The notes beneath the pieces are model-generated. The model was not told the origin of the DNA. It worked only from the letters and a program-made list of their open reading frames with translations, and did not search any database. From NCBI GenBank assembly GCA_963720465.1, contig OY970393.1:2080001-2144000 (forward strand): a DNA stretch of 64,000 nt, given 5' to 3'. Source of the stretch: Methanobacteriota archaeon (GTDB lineage: Archaea; Halobacteriota; Bog-38; Methanoflorentales; Methanoflorentaceae). Both the position numbers and the translations under genes were made by a program. Below are positions 29,006 through 39,294 of this stretch, piece after piece (the stretch's first letter is position 1; the number at the start of each line of letters is the position of its first letter).

Positions 29006-29230
29006 TCAAATGATAGTTCGTTCTCCGTCCGCCTTTGGGTCAACAAAACTCTTTGTCCCGTTGACCGCGTTCTGCTGTATGTACTCCTCAAGCTGAGCTT
29101 TTGTGATACGGTATTGGTTGCCTATCCGAATCGCTTTCAGCTGTCCTTTCTTAATATGCTGATAGATTGTGGTTCGTGTAACCCGCAACATCGTCGCAAC
29201 TTCTAGTGGTGTGTAGAGTTTATCTATCAT
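29006..29230 (-). CDS. Excisionase-like HTH_17 DNA-binding protein
   Basis: LYTPLEVATMLRVTRTTIYQHIKKGQLKAIRIGNQYRI. Confidence 0.88.
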   Translation of the reverse strand: MIDKLYTPLEVATMLRVTRTTIYQHIKKGQLKAIRIGNQYRITKAQLEEYIQQNAVNGTKSFVDPKADGERTII

Positions 29231-29490
29231 TTTATAGCGGTTCTTAATGTTTTTTATAGTATATAATTATTGTCAATTTTATCAATAATATAAATCTTGG
29301 TTAATTCTTCAATATTTTACCTTAATTAACCCAGTTTTTAACTTTTTATTTAGATTATGTTAAATCCACAGCTCAGATTGGTGTGTAACGACACCGATTG
29401 CGTCACATACAAGAACAAAAGCAGAAGCAGATTTTTGGTCGTCCGTTGCACTCAGATGTACCTGTTTCAAAAAAAGAGAGGAAAAGACGA

Positions 29491-29550
29491 TTACAAGGTA
29501 ACCGTCAGATTGTTGGTAAAGTCGTTGTAAATTAGGCTTACTGGGTTAGC
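29491..29550 (-). pseudogene. 3' remnant of a third DUF4352-like gene
   Basis: ANPVSLIYNDFTNNLTVTL-stop resembles AKATTLTYNDDFNSVVTNLS and is followed by a similar pyrimidine-rich tract. Confidence 0.55.
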
Positions 29551-29959
29551 ACGTCAGAGGAGCCTGTATCAGGCTCCGACCTCGTAGGACAAAAAGGTCG
29601 GAGAGACGGGCAAGCAGAATAGTTAGCGGTCGCTCTGCCATTTGTTCATAGTCGTCGACGGCCCAAACCCGCATATCGAAAAAAGAAAGAATGAGCTAGG
29701 AGCTACGGACTGCTAAAAGAAACGCGACATAACATCTTGGCTGGAGCTGCTTAAAAACTCTGTTATTTCCAAAGATAGGTTCGACATGTTTAGGGCACAG
29801 GAAAGCCAAGGAGCGCCACATTTCTTTGAGCTTTGCAATTGGAACCCTGTCCAACGGGTCGCGATTAACCTCTAAGTTAGCGAACGAGGAACTCGTCATC
29901 TTGAACTCAACCTCCATATAAAAAAGAAAGAGTTTTTTTTAAGTGGCATGGCATCTATT

Positions 29960-31760
29960 CTACAGCCACTCCTGATCGCAGAGACATATCTTTAACAAAA
30001 GTAGGATCTTGGACTCAGCAAGACACTCCGGCTGATTAATGCCTGCTGAGTATCGCTCTTGATAAGGAGCTTCCGACCTCTCAAAACGTACCACTAACTC
30101 GCTATTTTCACTTCTTATGCGTGTGATGTGTTTTATCCCACTTAGGCGCGATAACGCTTTGTTGACAAGTCTTCCAAACATATTCTCTTCGGGCCCTGTT
30201 TCACGGAAATCCAACAGTTGTTTCCGGAATTTTGCCGCAATAGAATCAACGTTTGTTCTGGCGTAGTCGTAGAGAGATTGACCATAATCGGTCCTCAAAT
30301 CGTATGATCTCGATTCTCTTCCAAGTTGAACAATACTCTGGAGAGTATTATCAAACAAAAAGATATTCTCAGCTTCTATAGCAGCGACACTTAGTTTTGT
30401 TGATGCATTCAGACACTGATAAACGTACTGAGAGTCGGAGATGCCTATCGCTGCTTTTCCACCGGCCTTTATAAAATTCGAAAAACTTAAACTCCATCCT
30501 CTTTCCGGCATCATGCGCATTTCGGCGCCTTTTTCTCCCGCACCACGGGCGATAAATATTGGTATCAACGATGCTTGATTGTTCTCGTGTTGAAGGAGAT
30601 CTTCCACAATTGTTGCCATAATATCCATTAAAAACCTAGCAAATCCGATGCCTGGCTTACTCCAAAGCGTGTGTGATGTACGGTTTTCATATGCTGACTG
30701 AAGTTTGTCCGCTTCTGTCAGTACGTATGAGCCACAGATATTCATGAATTGCGTGGCAAACAGATCGCTTACTTCAGGTCTGATCGTCGCTAAGCCAAGA
30801 TTTAAGAGAGTAATCCTAAGGATTTCAACTAGTCTCACGCGGGTTCGACCTTCGATAAACTCCTTATTAGCTTGCTCTTCCTCTCGCGTTGGATAACCAA
30901 GCTCAGAGATTAGTCCAATCGCTTCTAGCGCTCGTTCTACAACTTGTTCAAACGTATGAATGTCGTGGTTTTCGATAGCAACGATGCCGAGATTTACAAG
31001 AAAATGAAATGGGTCTCTGGTATCAGGAGACTCTTTGATCTTAACAGAAGGGGATAGAAATGATAGTTGATTCCACCAACCAACGCCCTTTAGCGGCTGA
31101 TCGTCTATATCCATGTCCTGAAGCTCTTGCTGATACGCTTCGATGATCGGTATATATCGCTTCAGGAAATCCCGCAGCGGTATCTCAGACGCTTCTTTTT
31201 CTAGCATCGTAGAAGGCGAGCCTTCATACCGCGCTATTTTTCCAAGTAATAGACCGCCACACGCGACTAACGGTAAGAACACTAGAGCGGCTAGGGAGGG
31301 TAATGCGTTATCTGTCACTGTTCCAAACACAAACAGGGTGCCCAGCAAAATTACAGCGGACAAAGAGACCTGCGAAGACGGGGCCGACCTCAGCAAGGCG
31401 CGATATGGAAATAGCTGGTATTCGAGGAAAGAGAAATTTATCGCAAATACGGCAATGGTTATGTTACTGACCAGGAGTGCATCCACATAAACATTCAATG
31501 GCGTATTCCATCCAAGGATAGCCAAGATCACCGCGAGAGTCAATCAAGAATGAAGCGATTAGTATCAGTGATTGTTCTCCAACCTTAGTCAGCGTCAAAT
31601 GCGTGCTTCGTGCTTGAAGCTTAACTCTTTCAAGCCACTCTTTGGTTTTAGAGGGCTGATCTGGCCTTTGCTCCTCGAATGAGTTACCACAATTCTTGCA
31701 AAAACGTGCGTTTTCCGAGCTATTATATCCGCATTTCTTGCAGAATCGGAATTTATACAT
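29960..31760 (-). pseudogene. Zinc-ribbon + multi-TM helical protein split by a frameshift near 31545
   Basis: CKKCG...FCKNCG ORF runs into a hydrophobic helix (LILIASFLI) that continues as TLAVILAILG in the next frame. Confidence 0.6.
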
Positions 31761-32188
31761 CTAGTGTAGGATGCAAATACCTTGAAGATAATATTTGCTT
31801 TTTTCAGATGATCCAGCTACAATTCCGTCTGACGGGAGCCACGATCTACGCTTAAATGTTACAAATAAGGATCTCTCTCGCTTGGCTTCGCTCTTCGCAC
31901 TTGCGGTCTTCGAAGATTTCGAGCACCGAAATCGCAAGTTTTTCTGCGTCGTGTGTGCACATTACCTGCTGCAACACTTCAATGATCTGGCGGCGGGTGG
32001 CTCTGCCTCGTTGAGGTTAGCTCGCGGCCCTACCAGAATCGATGTGACAAACGTAGTCGACGTCTGAGCGAGCTGTTCTTTCAACTCGAGAGCAAACGTT
32101 CGCAAATACAACCCATCAAGCCGTTCGGCTCTGCCGAGGCAGTAGCTGCACGCCGCCCCGTATAATACCACGTGCCAGTAAAAAAAAA

Positions 32189-32509
32189 TTATTTCTCCAG
32201 TTCCCCCAATATCTTCATGGCCTTGGTGAAGGGCGGCATTCCCGATGTCAGTAAAACCACTCTCAGGACATCCACTATCTCTTCCTTGGTGATTCCCAGC
32301 TCCTTCATGCCGCTCACCATCTGCTTCTTGGCGGCCCGGTCGTCCGAGGCGGCGGCAGTGATGGCTATGGCAATCAGCTTCTGGGTCTTGTAGTCCAAGA
32401 CCTTACCAGTATAAGCTGCCTCATTCAAAGATACAATGGCTTTATAGAGGTCTGGATATTCGTTCTTGGTCCTTGCCATTCCCTCGCCGAAAAAGACTTC
32501 ATCCTTCAT
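32189..32509 (-). CDS. Carboxymuconolactone decarboxylase (AhpD-like) family protein
   Basis: LDYKTQKLIAIAI...GITKEEIVDVL...GMP. Confidence 0.85.
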   Translation of the reverse strand: MKDEVFFGEGMARTKNEYPDLYKAIVSLNEAAYTGKVLDYKTQKLIAIAITAAASDDRAAKKQMVSGMKELGITKEEIVDVLRVVLLTSGMPPFTKAMKILGELEK

Positions 32510-33113
32510 AACATCTCACTGGATATTCCTTGTCGTCCTTGGAATTATAGATTTCGTCATTCTCTGACCAAAGACCAGATCAGGATTCTAAGCTGTGCAT
32601 CTCGCGCTCTCTTTCGACCCTTTCTAATGGCTCTTCTAGCGGTTTGGTATGTAAGGAAGCAGCAAAGAGGTTGTAGAGTGCTTCTTGGTTAATTTTTCCT
32701 GTATAAATCTGAGAATTGATGGCTTGCACACCGTTCCCGGTGAGATGTGAGAGTAGAAACTGTGCTATGGTGGTGCTCAAACCATGAAGTGGTCAAAATG
32801 AATACGTTCCAACGATCATACGTTCGTTAGATCCTTCTTTTTTCCACGACCTTGGTTACCGCCGTTTAACTGGTGCCTTCTCTTTTTTGGCGGGTTCTTC
32901 TGCGTTCGATGTTTAGTCAAGAGGGTCCAATCATAATGATTAAGTGTGCGGCGCCGCTACGCACGTACTATGCTAGCTGCTGAATGTTCCCCATATTATG
33001 ATGTGATGTCAAACCGCGAGCTGCTGGAGATTCACCGCAGCAAAATCTCACTTCACGAGGTGAATGGAAACAGAATCTGAGCGGTTAAGATGCTTGGCGG
33101 CAATCAATAACCT

Positions 33114-33354
33114 ATGCAACCAATCTGCACGCACAAAATCAGCGTTCAGAGTTCAAAGCCGTCGCACGCATATCCGATTATACGGCTGCCGCGTGAGTTT
33201 AGCGGGCTTGTAGGTGCCGCTGCTACCATCTATCAAACAGTCCACGATGGAGCACAAGCATTCCTTGTGGTCGTCAACAGTCAGCAAGACCATAAGCTCA
33301 AAATGGGCTCAGAATCAAAAAAGAGGCTTTATTATGGCAATGGTCGCACATCCT
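33114..33354 (+). CDS. Tyrosine integrase, N-terminal portion (runs into the right att site)
   Basis: MQPICTHKISVQSSKPSHAYPIIRLPREF (AbrB-like); crosses att in the same frame as the C-terminal half. Confidence 0.8.
33329..33354 (+). repeat. Right att site TTATTATGGCAATGGTCGCACATCCT
   Basis: Encodes the last codons and the stops of the SWIM gene on the - strand. Confidence 0.9.
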
Positions 33355-33652
33355 GGTACCACGCGTTGACAAAATCAACTAAGCCTTGCTGTTTCGCGAT
33401 TTCGACAGCGATCATGTGGCTGCATTTCATGATATTTCGTGAGGCATTGAACAAGAAGTCCTTACAGGTGCACGCAGCGTCTTCGACAATGTACTCATCA
33501 GCCTCTCCCACGACAACATAAAAGTCTTTATAGCGTTTAACGCGTCCTTCTTTCGCTATTTCAAGTCCCTTTTTGCCTCGATTGCCGTATTCGCGCTCGA
33601 TTTGTTGCTTAAAGGCATCCGCAAACAAAGGTCCTTCTCCTACCTTACTCAT
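33332..33652 (-). CDS. SWIM zinc-finger protein
   Basis: VKRYKDFYVVVG, CTCKDF...CSH. Confidence 0.85.
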   Translation of the reverse strand: MSKVGEGPLFADAFKQQIEREYGNRGKKGLEIAKEGRVKRYKDFYVVVGEADEYIVEDAACTCKDFLFNASRNIMKCSHMIAVEIAKQQGLVDFVNAWYQDVRPLP

Positions 33653-33677
33653 ATGTGTCCGCGTTGGCGATTTTTTG

Positions 33678-34409
33678 TCATTGGTGGTCGTAGACGAGGC
33701 CCAAAAGCCTCGGCCTATCGTCGATGAACTCGCCGCCTAACCGTTGCGCTAGGATTTGCATTGCTGGCGCTTCAGTCGCATAGTGCGTGGCGTCAATAAG
33801 AGAAAGATGTCCTTCTGCGCAGCGAATAGCGTCGTGCTTCAGCTCGGCTGAAAGAAGCGCGTCAACGCCAGCTGCGATTGCCTTCTCAGTTGCGTCAAAG
33901 CCGCTGCCGCCAATCACGGCGACTTTTTCGACGATTCCGCTCCCCGTGAACAGGACGTGTGTGCCAAGTTTTAGTGCCACGTGCTTAACAAAATCAACTG
34001 TGCTGACGGGATCGATTATACCCATTCTTCCGATGCCAAATGGTTCGATGTCTTGCAATCCTACGAGTTTCGCCAACACATCGTTGACCCCTCCAGGCGC
34101 CGCATCGTAGTTGGTATGCAAGACGTAAAACGACAAACCGTTCTCTAAGATGAGCGTTAGCTGTTTTTGAATACGCAAAGGAACTTTAGTGATAGGACTC
34201 CAAATTAGCGTGTGATGCGTGATAAGGACATCGGCCTCGTTCTGGACTGCCTTTTGAATCACGTTCGCTGTTGGATCTAATGCAACAGCTACCGAGTTTG
34301 CTTCGTCTCTCCCGCGAGCTATAAGCCCGATTCGCCCATCATCGATCGGCTCGGCAAGTTCAGGTGGCGCAATGGCTTCGAGTGTTTCGATCAGCGAGTA
34401 TAAGTCCAT
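33678..34409 (-). CDS. Nif3-like dinuclear metal centre protein
   Basis: ITHH, HTNYD...GVND, GGSG, HYATE. Confidence 0.92.
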   Translation of the reverse strand: MDLYSLIETLEAIAPPELAEPIDDGRIGLIARGRDEANSVAVALDPTANVIQKAVQNEADVLITHHTLIWSPITKVPLRIQKQLTLILENGLSFYVLHTNYDAAPGGVNDVLAKLVGLQDIEPFGIGRMGIIDPVSTVDFVKHVALKLGTHVLFTGSGIVEKVAVIGGSGFDATEKAIAAGVDALLSAELKHDAIRCAEGHLSLIDATHYATEAPAMQILAQRLGGEFIDDRPRLLGLVYDHQ

Positions 34410-34414
34410 AAAGA

Positions 34415-34567
34415 TTAATCAGCACGCGTTATCTTCACTTCTGCGAGCTTCCAGTCGTCGCCGACGCCGTGAATAGACAAGAGCACGCCGCCGATTATTC
34501 CGGCAAAGATATCTTGGACGAACTGGTTAACAGGTACCCGCTTTCCGTCGACTATAAGCTCCGCCAA
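34415..34567 (-). CDS. 50-aa protein resembling the MobB C-terminal domain (not in the ORF track)
   Basis: (M)AELIVDGKRVPVNQFVQDIFAGIIGGVLLSIHGVGDDWKLAEVKITRAD fills the gap between moaA and the Nif3 gene; TTG start. Confidence 0.7.
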   Translation of the reverse strand: MAELIVDGKRVPVNQFVQDIFAGIIGGVLLSIHGVGDDWKLAEVKITRAD

Positions 34568-35456
34568 GGAATCTTGGTTTGTAATATGGCTCCCTCCTTT
34601 GGACTGCCCTCATAATAAGTTCCAACGCGCGTTCGTCGGACAAGTTGTCGATTCCTCGCACATCCACGAGGTTATCGTTTCTGAGAAGACAAGGCTTAAG
34701 CTTTGCGTCTGACGTGACCCGCAGCCTATTACAGTTCATGCAAAACTCGGTATTATCTATGGGGCGAACAATTTCAATTTCGGCGTTGTTGATCTCGAAC
34801 TTCTTTCTTTTATGCAAGGTATTTGCGGTCGTTCTATTTGACAGCCCTTCCAGTGTACTTTCTATAATGCGCAGATTAGATCCCCGTAGCTCCGGGCGAC
34901 TCTTGAAGTCCATTAATTCGATCAGTTGCAAAACCATCTCTTTTCCTTGCACGTACCTGATCATATCCCCGATCTCATGGTCATTTATCCCGTCCATCAC
35001 GACCATGTTTATCTTAACAGGCGTTAGGTCTGCTTCAAGGGCTGCGTCGACTCCTCTCAAAACGTTTTCAATCTCTCCCCCGGTCAGTTTCTTATAGGTC
35101 GCTGCGTTTAGCGTATCTACGCTTACGTTTATTCGATCAAGTCCTTCTACGTCGCGGATCCGCTCAGCGAGGAGTTGACCGTTGGTAGTCATTGAAATGT
35201 CTTCGAACGGGGGCAACGCCTCGATGACTTCGCGAATGTCTTTGCGCAGCAGCGGCTCTCCGCCTGAAAACTTGACTTTCGTGACTCCTTCATCATAGCA
35301 GAGTCGAGCGATTTTTGCTATCTCAGGCACAGAGATCTCATGCGGGCGGGCACTGTGCAGTTCTCCTTCTTCGTGACAATATATGCAGTTGAGATTGCAT
35401 TTGTGCGTCAGCGAAATACGCAGACTCTTGATGGGACGGTCGTACGGGTCAAACAT
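34527..35456 (-). CDS. moaA: GTP 3',8-cyclase
   Basis: LRISLT..CNLNCIYCH, SGGEP, FCMNCNRLRVTSD.KLKPCL. Confidence 0.95.
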   Translation of the reverse strand: MFDPYDRPIKSLRISLTHKCNLNCIYCHEEGELHSARPHEISVPEIAKIARLCYDEGVTKVKFSGGEPLLRKDIREVIEALPPFEDISMTTNGQLLAERIRDVEGLDRINVSVDTLNAATYKKLTGGEIENVLRGVDAALEADLTPVKINMVVMDGINDHEIGDMIRYVQGKEMVLQLIELMDFKSRPELRGSNLRIIESTLEGLSNRTTANTLHKRKKFEINNAEIEIVRPIDNTEFCMNCNRLRVTSDAKLKPCLLRNDNLVDVRGIDNLSDERALELIMRAVQRREPYYKPRFLGGAYSRRKAGTC

Positions 35457-35700
35457 GCTCTCACTATACATGTATCGATGTGATTGTATATAAACATCGA
35501 GCTGCGTTTTCACGCCGCTCCGTCGCTCTTTTTTGCGCGGCGCCCTCTCAAAGCGTCATTTTGCAGGTGCGTGTGTTGATGCGCGGCGCTTTCGCTCAGG
35601 CACTTGAGTAATCCTGTCGATGCACTACCGTCGGACGCAAGTGAAGTGTTTTCTTCGAAGCAGAAGAAAACGATATATAACATCTTCAATATACATATTA

Positions 35701-35946
35701 GTGCTCCTAAGAGGACTGATATAACGTATCACGTGCGTGTTTGGATGATTATCGGTGCATATGGGAGCAAAAATGCCCCGTTACGTATAGGTCCTTGTTT
35801 GAGTGCCTGGCGAACGCCTTTTGATGATAACAAGACAACCCCGTAATGGCAAAGGTCGCATCACGCCCTGGCACGAGGGTAACTGAAGGGGACAGCGAAG
35901 ATTTCAATAGAATGAACCTTCGGAGTTAGTGCGTCAGGGCAAAGAC
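35701..35946 (+). ncRNA. Probable three-hairpin box H/ACA guide RNA
   Basis: Three stems, each followed by AAA, with internal pockets and K-turn-like GA motifs. Pocket sequences are complementary to conserved 23S rRNA as I recall it. BRE/TATA lies ~25 nt upstream. Confidence 0.6.
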
Positions 35947-35973
35947 CAATATTTCTATCTTTTCATCCCGTTT

Positions 35974-36312
35974 ATGCAGCTTGAAGGCGCACTGAGGGCC
36001 GTACCAGAAGGCGTTGCGATTCGCATTCAGGTTACGCCAGGTTCGCGATACCTAGGCGTTGGGAAGTACGATGGGTGGCGGCACGCTATACATTTAAAGC
36101 TCACCGAGCCCGCGCAGAAGGGAAAAGCCAACGAGGAGCTCGTCAGATACCTAGCGGCTTTGTTCAACAAGCCTGCGAAAGACGTGCACTTGGTTTGCGG
36201 TCACACTAGCAGTCAGAAAGTGGTGTTATTGTACAATACCAACGTCCTGGAAGCTCAGTCGGTTATTAGCCAGGCTATAGAAAATAGTGCCACCCAGACA
36301 AAGCAGTCGTAG
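35974..36312 (+). CDS. DUF167/YggU family protein
   Basis: IQVTPGS, PAQKGKANEELV, GHTSSQK. Confidence 0.9.
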   Translation: MQLEGALRAVPEGVAIRIQVTPGSRYLGVGKYDGWRHAIHLKLTEPAQKGKANEELVRYLAALFNKPAKDVHLVCGHTSSQKVVLLYNTNVLEAQSVISQAIENSATQTKQS

Positions 36313-36507
36313 CGCTTGTCGTGACACATCGGTAGTTTTAATTATTAGCGAGTCAAGATATCATCTGAAAAAGGTCACATTAACCCTACATTCACAATTG
36401 CGGGCAGGCGCTCGCAAACTTACGAAGCGCGACTGTGGAAATAGCAAACGGCTAGTTACTGGATCTTTTGTTCAACAACTTCTGCAGTTTCTAAGGAGTT
36501 GACGATA

Positions 36508-37707
36508 ATGCAAAATTCTGACACTACAAAATACGTTATTTATGCTGACATTCATACCGACGGCGTCGTCGAGAAGCCCGACGTAGTGGGAGCAATATTT
36601 GGACAGACAGAGGGGTTGCTTGGAGACGATTTGGATCTCAGAGAGCTCCAAAAGACAGGCAGGATAGGACGCATTGAGGTAAACATAAGCTCCAAAAGTG
36701 GTAAGTCCGATGGATTCGTCCTCATTTCCTCCTCCCTCGACAAAATTGAGACTTCGATACTCGCAGCATCGTTGGAGACAATCGATCGTGTGGGACCGTG
36801 CATCGCCAACCTTTCCGTTACTAAGATCGAGGATGTCAGAGCGTCGAAGAGACGTCAGATCGTTGATCAGGCAAAGAACATACTTCTCAACAAGTTTGAT
36901 GAAAGCTTGCCAGAGAGCCAAGAACTCACTGAATCCGTAAAGCAGGCTGTGCGAGTCGATGAACTTGTCTCTTATGGTAAAGAAAAACTCCCGTCGGGTC
37001 CTAACGTTCAGGATTCTGACGCAATACTAATCGTTGAAGGACGAGCCGACGTTTTGAATCTGCTCAGGGGCGGCATCAAGAATGCCATAGCTGTTGAAGG
37101 GACGAACGTGCCTAAGGCAGTGATTGAACTGAGCAAGAAGAAGACCGTCACAACGTTCTTGGACGGCGACCGAGGGGGCGAGTTGATCCTCAAGGAGCTC
37201 CTGCAAACCGCTGACGTCGATTACGTCGCGTACGCGCCCGAAGGCAAGAGCGTTGAAGATTTGTCTCAAAAAGAGATCGTAAAGGCGCTAAGAAACAAAC
37301 TGCCCATCGAACAGGTGCTCGAACAAAAGAACAAGAAAAGGCCCTCGCAAAATACTCGAAATAAGCCAGAGCCGGCGCCTCGCGTTGCGCCTATTGAAGC
37401 CAGCGAGCCGTCTCCGCTTGAAAGCAGCTTTAGAAACTACGTAGAGGCGCTGAACGGCACGTTGAATGCGTTTTTGCTCGACGCAGAGGGGAAAGTTTTA
37501 AAAGAGGTAGAAGTGCGGAACCTCGCAAGCGCTCTGAAAGAATCAAATGGCCTTGTCAAAAGTGTCGTTTTTGATGGGGTTATCACTCAGCGTATTCTTG
37601 ATATTGCGGCAGAAAAAGAGCTTGATTATCTAATAGGCGTCAAAATCGGCAATGTCGTTAAAAGGCCGCTTTCGGTCAAAGTACTCACTGTTGAAGATAT
37701 CCAATAA
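36508..37707 (+). CDS. dnaG: Archaeal DnaG primase-like protein
   Basis: [18 protein letters not shown]; TOPRIM VEGRADV and DGDRGG. Confidence 0.96.
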   Translation: MQNSDTTKYVIYADIHTDGVVEKPDVVGAIFGQTEGLLGDDLDLRELQKTGRIGRIEVNISSKSGKSDGFVLISSSLDKIETSILAASLETIDRVGPCIANLSVTKIEDVRASKRRQIVDQAKNILLNKFDESLPESQELTESVKQAVRVDELVSYGKEKLPSGPNVQDSDAILIVEGRADVLNLLRGGIKNAIAVEGTNVPKAVIELSKKKTVTTFLDGDRGGELILKELLQTADVDYVAYAPEGKSVEDLSQKEIVKALRNKLPIEQVLEQKNKKRPSQNTRNKPEPAPRVAPIEASEPSPLESSFRNYVEALNGTLNAFLLDAEGKVLKEVEVRNLASALKESNGLVKSVVFDGVITQRILDIAAEKELDYLIGVKIGNVVKRPLSVKVLTVEDIQ

Positions 37708-37718
37708 TTATTTAGTTT

Positions 37719-37756
37719 CGGAGCTAGTTGACCAGCTCCGTTTCCAATTTTTTTTG
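37719..37756 (+). terminator. Hairpin plus T tract after dnaG
   Basis: CGGAGCT...AGCTCCG followed by a T8 run. Confidence 0.6.
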
Positions 37757-37886
37757 TCTATCTGTTTTGAGAATTGCCTAGCGCCATCTTTAAATACTTT
37801 TTTTTAGGAAGCATTGTTCCTACATAAATACTTTATACCACGTGATTTTAACATTTGTAGCGTCTAACGACACCGAGGTATGGCCC

Positions 37887-38168
37887 ATGCATAAAGAGGA
37901 ACTTATTCAACTACATACACTGTTGGTTCGAGTCAAAAACTATTTTGAAGAACACACGTGTTGTAATGGTGAATTTGAGCGATACGCATCGCTTCACATC
38001 GGCCCGATGCACATACACAGAAGCAAGGCTGAGCATAAGCACGCGATCTTCGTGCTTGGCAATGAGCTCGCGTCTGTAATGGACTCCGAGGAGCTCTCTG
38101 GTACAGGCAGGATTTCAGTACCAATGCAAGAACTTGCTGCACGAACCGAGATGATAAAACTACGATAG
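37887..38168 (+). CDS. UPF0058 family protein
   Basis: MHKEELIQLH...HIHRSKAEHKHAIFVLG. Confidence 0.88.
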   Translation: MHKEELIQLHTLLVRVKNYFEEHTCCNGEFERYASLHIGPMHIHRSKAEHKHAIFVLGNELASVMDSEELSGTGRISVPMQELAARTEMIKLR

Positions 38169-38609
38169 TTGGTTAACTAATCGTTTCTCCATCAAATAGG
38201 CGTCTTCGCCATCTTGGTAATAAGCAGCAATAACCTTGACCAGATTGAAGCCGAGCGATAAGTACAATCGCTGAGCGCCAATGTTGCTCAACCTCACCTC
38301 AAGGAGCAGCCGTAGGATACCTTTTGTGCGCAAGACTTGAAAGAGAGCCTTTAGCAGCATTGAAGCGAACCCCTTGTTTTGGCACCTCTTATCTACGGCT
38401 ATTGACAGGATTTTCACGTCAAATAAAGAGATTACTACAGTGGTCAGGAACCCAACCACGTGACCACCTTCTTCCGCAACAAGGAAACCGTCAGGAAACG
38501 TTTCGTATGCCGTCATAAACAATATAGGGTTGTATTCGCCAAATGCCTCTTTTTCGATCGCTATGACCCGTTCAAAATCTGATGGTCGGAACCTACGAAT
38601 TAAGGACAA
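38160..38609 (-). CDS. rimI: RimI/Ard1-type N-acetyltransferase
   Basis: LEVRLSNIGAQRLY..LGF...YYQDGEDAYLM. Confidence 0.88.
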   Translation of the reverse strand: MSLIRRFRPSDFERVIAIEKEAFGEYNPILFMTAYETFPDGFLVAEEGGHVVGFLTTVVISLFDVKILSIAVDKRCQNKGFASMLLKALFQVLRTKGILRLLLEVRLSNIGAQRLYLSLGFNLVKVIAAYYQDGEDAYLMEKRLVNQLS

Positions 38610-38677
38610 GAACCAGCTCCTGGCTACGGCCTGTCGACACGGAATATGTATATGCTAACAAAGGATAATTAAAGGCT

Positions 38678-39103
38678 GTGGCTATGTCTGACCGCTGCGT
38701 GGAAGTACTCCCAGAGTTTATACGAAACAACTACTCCGCAAGGCTAGTTGAAGTCGGGAGCGGCAGATATTCGGGAGTCGCTATTGCGCTTCGCTCTAGG
38801 TTTAAGGTGACGGCGACGGACATCCTTGAAATTGATGCGGTCGATCGCCGCTTGAAGCCCATTTACGTCAAAGACGATGTCACGCGTCCAGATCTGCGAC
38901 TGTATCGAGGTGCTAGTTTGATCTATGCCATTCGGCCCCCGATGGAAATTCAGCGAAGCATTATAGAGTTATCTGAGCGAATAGGTGCAGATGCGCTCAT
39001 TAAACCGCTTGGGTCTGAGATTATCGAGGATACGCGATTAAGCTTGATCAATTTTCGCGGAATGCCGATGTACATCGTGAGATACGCGACTGCGATTGAG
39101 TAG
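38678..39103 (+). CDS. UPF0146 family protein
   Basis: VEVGSG, DDV..P...LY.GA.LIYAIRPP.E. Confidence 0.85.
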   Translation: MAMSDRCVEVLPEFIRNNYSARLVEVGSGRYSGVAIALRSRFKVTATDILEIDAVDRRLKPIYVKDDVTRPDLRLYRGASLIYAIRPPMEIQRSIIELSERIGADALIKPLGSEIIEDTRLSLINFRGMPMYIVRYATAIE

Positions 39104-39294
39104 CTCAACTCAGCCTGCTGATCTGGCTTTAGACGTGAATGCTGCCCCAGGCGGCTAGTGCGCACAAGCGGAGCCGCGCAGCCCAGCACTTGCTTGCTAA
39201 CTGCGACTTGTTCAATGTTGCAGCCCCAGTCGGCCGCAGCTGGCCGATCGATAGAGCTATTTTTCATAACAACACCTATTGAATCGCGAATCTT

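Larger units (their letters stand above)
24073..33354. mobile_element. Integrated element with split tyrosine integrase, inserted in the 3' end of a SWIM-finger gene
   Basis: 26-bp direct repeats (25/26 identical) at both ends; integrase halves abut each repeat in the same frame; HTH excisionase-like gene and accessory cargo inside. Confidence 0.88.

Noticed and set aside
31795-33100. Short ORFs flanking the CMD gene
   Set aside because: No recognisable motifs; probably decayed fragments.
35821-35886. Stand-alone box C/D sRNA (TGATGA...CTGA)
   Set aside because: No convincing D'/C' boxes; both motifs fit better inside the H/ACA-like hairpins.
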